Assembly: GCA_965214095.1 (NCBI GenBank)
Contig: OZ243938.1
Coordinates: forward strand, 3,264,001-3,328,000
DNA from: Candidatus Poribacteria bacterium
Lineage (GTDB): Bacteria; Poribacteria; WGA-4E; WGA-3G
Reading direction: 5' to 3'
Length of the DNA stretch: 64,000 nt
Positions 58,393 through 64,000 of this stretch are shown in pieces. Under the pieces are notes generated by a model. It was not told the DNA's origin. It saw nothing but the letters and a program-made list of their open reading frames with translations, and made no database searches. Both the position numbers and the translations under genes were made by a program. Every line of letters begins with the position of its first letter. The stretch's first letter is position 1.

Positions 58393-59124
58393 TTACTCGT
58401 GCCCGCCAACTTCGCCAACCTCAATTTCAATCTCATCACGATTACGGATGCGCTCAACAAGACCGTCCCGGATATCCACAATCCGATCAGATACATCCAG
58501 CATTTTTAGGTCGTGTGTTGCTGAAATCACGGTGACACCCTGTGCTGTATTCAATTTCTTGATAAGGTCAATAATCTCGCGTCCAGTGATTGTGTCAAGG
58601 TTTGCAGTGGGTTCATCAGCAAGGACAATGCTGGGATCATTTGCAAGTGCTCTGGCAATGGCAACACGTTGGCGTTGTCCCCCAGAGAGTTCATCGGGTA
58701 GGTGATACATTCTGTCTCCTAACCCGACCATATCTAATAACTTCTCAGCTTTTTCATTTCGTTCTTTTTCAGGGATACCTGCGAAAATCATTGGTAACGT
58801 AACATTGCCGTGTGCTGTGCGAACATTCAACAAGTTGTAACTCTGGAAGATATAACCAACTCGGTGACATCGAAACGCTGCAATCTGCCTTTGCGACAGA
58901 TGCGACATATTCTGTCCATCAATGTATACCTCTCCTTCAGTGGGTCGGTCAAGTGCACCTATCATATTGAATAGCGTAGATTTACCAGAACCTGAGGGTC
59001 CCATCAACGAAATATATTCTCCGCGTTCAATCTCAATGTTGATACCATCCAAAGCGCGAAGAACGTTTGAACCCATCCGATATTCTTTGACGACATCTTC
59101 AGTTTTTACAACTATGTCTGGCAT
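58393..59124 (-). CDS. ABC transporter ATP-binding protein (LolD/MacB-like)
   Basis: GPSGSGKST, LSGGQRQRVAIARAL and DEPTANLD motifs. Confidence 0.93.
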   Translation of the reverse strand: MPDIVVKTEDVVKEYRMGSNVLRALDGINIEIERGEYISLMGPSGSGKSTLFNMIGALDRPTEGEVYIDGQNMSHLSQRQIAAFRCHRVGYIFQSYNLLNVRTAHGNVTLPMIFAGIPEKERNEKAEKLLDMVGLGDRMYHLPDELSGGQRQRVAIARALANDPSIVLADEPTANLDTITGREIIDLIKKLNTAQGVTVISATHDLKMLDVSDRIVDIRDGLVERIRNRDEIEIEVGEVGGHE

Positions 59125-59161
59125 AGTAAGTCCTTATTTTCTTAGATATTGTGTATATTGT

Positions 59162-59839
59162 TTAGACTTCTGTTCGCATTGCTTCGGCTGGTGGAAGTTT
59201 TGCAGCACGCCATGCCGGAAAAGACGAACCAATGATTGCTAAGACCATTCCAAGAACACAACCGAATAGAATCAATAAGAGTACACCGAGTTGAAATGCT
59301 CCGTTTTCATGTTGTGCTGGAAGTAATGGAAAATAGAAGAAGAGATCAAGTCCATAGTTTTTCAACCCTAAAACAACTGCCCCCAACAAACCGATAAGTG
59401 CGCCAATCAACGCCCCAGCAAATCCTTGGAAACCCGATTCAAGTAGGAATAACCGCACGACAAATCCATCTAATGCTCCGAGACATTTCATCGTTCCGAT
59501 TTCGCGAAAACGTTCTGTCACTGCCATTAGCATAGAGTTTGCGATTCCCACAACACAAACTATCAGCGACATAATGATAAGCCAGATATCCTTGGTTGAA
59601 ATTCCTTGTTCCGCTGCTTCATCAAGATTTGTAATTGCGGAACTTCTGCCGCTCTCTTGTAGGGCAAGTTCAATCTCATTATTTGTCCATACGGAAACGA
59701 GAAAAGCGATTCCGAGTGTGATACCTGCCGTTGTGATAATAGAACGACCAAATCGGATTTTTAGGCTTTGAAAACTTATTCGCAATGATTCTACAAATGG
59801 TAGATCAATCTGTTCTTCTATAGGGGTTTGCTGTTGCAA
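59162..59839 (-). CDS. FtsX/MacB-type ABC permease (short)
   Basis: NSMLMAVTERFREIGTMKCLGA and PAWRAAKLPPAEAMR; TTG start after AGGAG (the ORF track opens at 59890). Confidence 0.88.
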   Translation of the reverse strand: MQQQTPIEEQIDLPFVESLRISFQSLKIRFGRSIITTAGITLGIAFLVSVWTNNEIELALQESGRSSAITNLDEAAEQGISTKDIWLIIMSLIVCVVGIANSMLMAVTERFREIGTMKCLGALDGFVVRLFLLESGFQGFAGALIGALIGLLGAVVLGLKNYGLDLFFYFPLLPAQHENGAFQLGVLLLILFGCVLGMVLAIIGSSFPAWRAAKLPPAEAMRTEV

Positions 59840-60201
59840 ATTTCTGACTCCTTGAACTTTGTATAATATGTCATTGTAACATATATGCAAATTCAGGTCA
59901 AGTTCTGTTAATTGGAGAGTGATGTGCTGTCCATACCAAACATTCAGATCGTAAATGATATGCTACTCCTTGCGGAAAGCTCAGCCACAATTCACGGTAA
60001 GTCATTTCTGTATCCATTTCGCTGTTTCTCACTATGCGGGGTACTAAAATTTTGAAAAACGCAAACAGCCGATGAAACCGATGCCTACGCAATTCAGTCA
60101 AAAATACAGAGGACACTTTTTTAGTACCCTCCCCTAATTTGATACCTACAATATTTTGTCAAATTACAACTATTGTTCTGTTCATGCTTACAATGCTTAC
60201 A

Positions 60202-60287
60202 TTGTAGGTCGGGTAGAGGAACGAAACCCGACTTTATTGATGATAAAGGGATGCATGTCGGGTTTCGTGTCTCTACCCGACCTACAA
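60202..60287. repeat. REPIN-like inverted pair of GTAG REP elements
   Basis: ttgtaggtcgggtagaggaacgaaacccgac...gtcgggtttcgtgtctctacccgacctacaa. Confidence 0.75.
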
Positions 60288-60420
60288 GATTAGTATAGAC
60301 ACTCCACTAGCGCGCTTGCAAAGCACTAAAACGGTATGAATTCCTTTTGGTATTCCGCACCTACGGTGTTTTAAGCAAATGAGAATTACCGATATTATGT
60401 GCGTTGCAAATTTATAGTAC

Positions 60421-61044
60421 CTAACTGCGTATCTGTTCGTTTAGGTTGACAGGATATATTTCAAGGTCGGAACGGGTGATGAGTATACCAACGTAAAAGG
60501 TTAACCAGTTACCGCAGAGTTCAATAGACATCAATTCTTCGTTTTCGCTGATGTATTCATGGAGTTCTGCTTCAAATTCCTCTTTATTCTGCACATCTGT
60601 GACGGTGAGTTTTGTGGGAACAATCTCCTGTCGGTGGTATTCAACAGCGATTTCCTCGTCCTCATTGTCCGGGTCTGGATAGTAAAGGGTCATCTCATCT
60701 GGTAATGGATCACCGAGTTCTTGTTCTCCATCAACAACCCATCGTGAGATTTCGTATTCGTCTTTTGTTCCGGCGATTTGATCTACCCCGACAACGAGTT
60801 CACCCTCTACATCCTTGATGTGATACATATATCGTAGGAGTCCGTTACCCTCATACTTTTTTATCGTATAGAGTGTGAAGGCATGAGAGGTATCACCTGT
60901 TTCCTGATATGTTGTCAGGTCAGAGAGTTCAATGATACTGTTGATTGGAATATCAACTAACTCATGCCGTTCTGGTTTTTTCGTATCTTCTTCTTTCCGC
61001 TTGCTAAAGAGTGATTTTCCTTCTTTTTTGCCAAATAATGCCAT
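60421..61044 (-). CDS. Acidic hypothetical protein (weakly DUF4178-like)
   Basis: 207-aa ORF with an AGGTGG RBS; family call tentative. Confidence 0.7.
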   Translation of the reverse strand: MALFGKKEGKSLFSKRKEEDTKKPERHELVDIPINSIIELSDLTTYQETGDTSHAFTLYTIKKYEGNGLLRYMYHIKDVEGELVVGVDQIAGTKDEYEISRWVVDGEQELGDPLPDEMTLYYPDPDNEDEEIAVEYHRQEIVPTKLTVTDVQNKEEFEAELHEYISENEELMSIELCGNWLTFYVGILITRSDLEIYPVNLNEQIRS

Positions 61045-61102
61045 ATCACCACCTAAAAGTTAGTTTATAGTAGGTTATAGAATTAATTGTAACACTGTGA
61101 AC

Positions 61103-61165
61103 AGGCGAGGTCAGGAAACCTCGCCTACCAGTGAATGTCCAAGGCGCAATGAATTGCGCGACTAC
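61103..61165 (-). repeat. Two tandem GTAG REP-like hairpins
   Basis: Reverse complements gtaggcgaggtttcctgacctcgcct (nearly the same as 8347-8372) and gtagtcgcgcaattcattgcgcct. Confidence 0.7.
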
Positions 61166-61195
61166 GAACGGCCTCTGTTTTACGCTGAATTTAGG

Positions 61196-62332
61196 CTAAA
61201 AATAACCTTTGTTATATAATACCAACATTATGCCGCCAACGATGAGGAGACTACAAAATACGAGAATGAACCACGTTGCCCCTGAAGTTTTCTTCTCAAC
61301 GATAATCCTTTGCTGAACGGGTTCTGGTGGGGCGCGTTGTGTATTCGCATTCACAGACGGTGTTTCAGCGGTTGCAAGAAGTTCCTGTTTTATTGCCTCT
61401 TCATCAGGTAATTCATCGACCGTTACTGCCTCTACATTGTCCCCGTAGAATTTATCAGGATTTTCTTCAACGTAACTTGCAACAAAATCTTCATCCCGAT
61501 TTGTGCCAGGGTCTACGTAGTTCTCATTGGGTTCAACCCCTTGGTTTTCGTAATAATCTTTGTAGAATTCGTACTCTTTCTGTTTCTCGTCAGTCCAATG
61601 CTGTCTGTCGTAGTTTGGGTGGTGATAATGCCATAAATAACTACGACGAATCGCATGGTTATAGTAGTCATGGAAATAGAGTCCGAACATCAGATTATTA
61701 TACAACATAGCCCTCTCAAGACTATACATAGAGTAGCTTGAGTATGGATTATAGTACCCACGGTAGTTTGCGACAGTGATGGTTTGACGTTGTTGTCTGC
61801 GAGCACTTGCAGTTTGTCGGTTTGCTGTCGTGACCTTTCGTTTCAAACTACGGTTTTCTGCTTTTAGCTGCCGCACCTGTTTTCGATTTTGTGCTGTGGT
61901 TGCACGGTTGGTAGTGGTTTTACGTGTTGTCGGTGTGTTGGTTGCCTTTGCTCGATTCGTAGCAGTCTGTTTTTGGCGTGCAGATGTGCTTGACCGGGTC
62001 GTTGGAGTTTTTGATGTGCGGCTTCCGCTGTAACTGCTTCCTGTGCTACGTGTTGAAGAAGTGCGTGGCTTAGTATAAGAACTCTTTGAGGAAGAAGTGC
62101 TACTGCGAGAACTACTACTTGTGCGTTTCGGAGTGGAATAACTCCTTGAGCTGCGTGAGTAACTTCGACTTGAGCTGCGACTGAAACTGCGACTGAAACT
62201 GCGACCACCGCCAAAACTTCTGCGGCTTTCTACGATATCGGGGGCAATAGAAAATAAAAATAAAACTATTCCGAATATTGACAATATCCGTTTACATTTG
62301 GTTCCAAATGTTGGTTGATGGTATTTGTTCAT
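61196..62332 (-). CDS. Membrane-anchored exported protein with Ser/Arg/Thr-rich low-complexity N-terminus
   Basis: Signal peptide, RRSFGGGRSFSRS..., Tyr/His-rich core, C-terminal TM helix; GGAGG RBS before MNKYH. Confidence 0.8.
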   Translation of the reverse strand: MNKYHQPTFGTKCKRILSIFGIVLFLFSIAPDIVESRRSFGGGRSFSRSFSRSSSRSYSRSSRSYSTPKRTSSSSRSSTSSSKSSYTKPRTSSTRSTGSSYSGSRTSKTPTTRSSTSARQKQTATNRAKATNTPTTRKTTTNRATTAQNRKQVRQLKAENRSLKRKVTTANRQTASARRQQRQTITVANYRGYYNPYSSYSMYSLERAMLYNNLMFGLYFHDYYNHAIRRSYLWHYHHPNYDRQHWTDEKQKEYEFYKDYYENQGVEPNENYVDPGTNRDEDFVASYVEENPDKFYGDNVEAVTVDELPDEEAIKQELLATAETPSVNANTQRAPPEPVQQRIIVEKKTSGATWFILVFCSLLIVGGIMLVLYNKGYF

Positions 62333-62371
62333 GATACTGAAATCCTCCCACAAGTACTATAGACAAAAAAC

Positions 62372-62401
62372 TTGACAAACAATATCTATATTTGTTAAAC
62401 T
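62372..62401 (+). promoter_or_regulatory. sigma70 promoter of tRNA-Arg(CCG)
   Basis: TTGACA-N18-TAAACT with TG extension. Confidence 0.55.
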
Positions 62402-62420
62402 AATATGACCCTTATAGTAT

Positions 62421-62494
<74 letters not shown>

Positions 62495-62604
62495 TTTTTT
62501 GTTCCTTCGCTGTTTGGTAAACCTCTTGAACCTTTACTGGCATCTCATTTTAATTATGTTAACATGAAAGGAAATGAGTGTCAAGGATATAGAAAGGAAA
62601 AAAT

Positions 62605-63477
62605 ATGGCACTTGATGTCCGTGATGAAAAACTATTGGAATTAGTTGATTCAGAAGCAGAAGTCAAACAGTTGGCTACTGGATTTCAATTTACCGAAGGA
62701 CCTCTCTGGAATTCTATTGGACGATATTTGCTCTTTAGTGATATTCCTGCGAATAAAATACGTAAATGGGATGAAGAATCTGGTATGTCCGTTTTCAGAG
62801 ACCCGTCTGGTAAGTCAAACGGTTTGACTTACGATAAAGGTGGCCACTTGATTACTTGTGAACACGCGAACCGTCGTGTTTCAAGAACTACAGCGGATGG
62901 AGACATTCAAACGATTGCATCACACTACAAAGGAAAACGTTTGAATAGTCCCAACGATATTGTTGTCAAATCGGATGGTAGCATCTATTTTACGGATCCA
63001 CCATACGGGATAACATCGGAATCAGAGAAAGAACTTGATTTTCACGGTGTGTACCGATTGTCTCCTGATAAACAAGACTTGACATTACTTGTAGATGATT
63101 TTGATAGACCGAACGGTATCTGTTTTTCACCTGATGAGTCTGTCTTATATATTAATGACACGAAACGGATGCACGTGCGTGCTTTTGATGTGCAAGATGA
63201 TGGTACGTTAGCCAATGGTCGTGTTTTCGCAGAGGAAGAGGGAAAAAATGGCGTTCCAGATGGTATGAAAGTGGATGTGAACGGTAATGTCTATTTGACA
63301 GGACCCAATGGTATATGGATATTTGCTCCAGATGGGACACACCTTGGTATTATTCTTGTTCCTGAACGCACAGCGAATCTTGCATGGGGTGGAGATTTTT
63401 GGAAGAGTCTTTTTATCACTGCGAGCACATCTATCTATCGCGTAGAATGCAAAGTAGAAGGGATAGCAGTTTCCTAA
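62605..63477 (+). CDS. SMP-30/gluconolactonase family protein
   Basis: FTEGP.W, SNGL, LNSPND, FTDPPYG, PNGI.FSPD and PDGMKVD motifs. Confidence 0.92.
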   Translation: MALDVRDEKLLELVDSEAEVKQLATGFQFTEGPLWNSIGRYLLFSDIPANKIRKWDEESGMSVFRDPSGKSNGLTYDKGGHLITCEHANRRVSRTTADGDIQTIASHYKGKRLNSPNDIVVKSDGSIYFTDPPYGITSESEKELDFHGVYRLSPDKQDLTLLVDDFDRPNGICFSPDESVLYINDTKRMHVRAFDVQDDGTLANGRVFAEEEGKNGVPDGMKVDVNGNVYLTGPNGIWIFAPDGTHLGIILVPERTANLAWGGDFWKSLFITASTSIYRVECKVEGIAVS

Positions 63478-63908
63478 TGAAAGTGAAAATTAAAAGAGTA
63501 GACAAATCACTTCCTTTACCAAAATACGAAACTGACGGTTCGGTTGGATTTGACTTGTTGTGTCGTGAATCTGCTGAAATTGCACCGCATGAAATAGTTT
63601 TAATTCCAGCGAATGTAATTGTGGAAACGCCTCCCGGATACATGTTAATGTTGTGTATGCGGAGTAGTACCCCTCGTAAATTCGGATTGATGATGGCACA
63701 AAGTGTCGGTATTATTGACACTGACTATTGCGGTGAAGAAGATGAGATAAAAATCCAAGTTTACAATTTCACCGATGAGACTGTGACCATTGAACGTGGG
63801 AGTCGGATCGCACAAGCGATATTTGTCCGTGTTGCGACTGTGGAATGGGATGAGGTAGCGGGGATGACAGAGTCTTCGCGTGGAGGATTTGGGAGTACTG
63901 ACAAGTAA
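63477..63908 (+). CDS. dut: dUTP diphosphatase
   Basis: GSVGFDL, RSS, GIIDTDYCG, RIAQ and RGGFGSTD motifs; ATG overlaps the upstream stop (TAATG). Confidence 0.93.
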   Translation: MKVKIKRVDKSLPLPKYETDGSVGFDLLCRESAEIAPHEIVLIPANVIVETPPGYMLMLCMRSSTPRKFGLMMAQSVGIIDTDYCGEEDEIKIQVYNFTDETVTIERGSRIAQAIFVRVATVEWDEVAGMTESSRGGFGSTDK

Positions 63909-63971
63909 CTCTATTTTCTACCATTTCGTATTTATAGATAAACAAAATATAAGGGAGATATAAAAATAAAT

Positions 63972-64000
63972 ATGAAACAGTATCTTGAAGGACTACAACA
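63972..64000 (+). CDS. thyA: Probable thymidylate synthase start (3' partial)
   Basis: MKQYLEGLQ resembles the ThyA N-terminus and follows dut; only 9 codons are visible. Confidence 0.45.

Noticed and set aside
59898-60116. 72-aa minus-strand ORF
   Set aside because: No recognisable motif or RBS, and it lies in a repeat-rich intergenic region.

Overview
AT-rich bacterial window. The WD40 protein's AVEPxxKxxTTWGxxK plus FlgD/CTD-like tail and the gene content suggest Candidatus Poribacteria (inference). It has four parts. (1) 2.2-21.8 kb: a tandem array of six ~1000-aa 'receptor-sigma' genes, each an ECF sigma factor fused through one transmembrane helix to a divergent Asp-box/BNR beta-propeller. 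Each copy has its own ECF-type promoter, and the -35 element co-varies with the sigma4 recognition helix. A conserved internal AGGAGG-N5-ATG follows sigma4, and copies share patchwork gene-conversion tracts. Copy 2 has a nonsense codon in its sigma domain. Copy 5 carries a 406-bp non-autonomous IS200/IS605-type element, with its own promoter and a TnpB-omegaRNA-like end, inserted exactly between its RBS and ATG. (2) 21.9-44.1 kb, minus strand: housekeeping and signalling run with a large outer-membrane protein, NHL protein, ROK kinase, galK, degenerate AccD, a partner-switching module, rsmG, mnmG, M28 peptidase, recR-ybaB-dnaX, large SRP RNA, six tRNAs and tadA. (3) 45.4-56.5 kb: accessory/defence-like genes (TA pairs, antitoxin-TPR and antitoxin-FRG-TPR fusions, HsdR_N-2xMrr_N, degenerate BsaWI-like nuclease). 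(4) 56.5-64 kb: iolE/iolG, ABC transporter genes, REP-like repeats, tRNA-Arg, gluconolactonase, dut and probably the start of thyA. All calls are by eye; no database searches were run.
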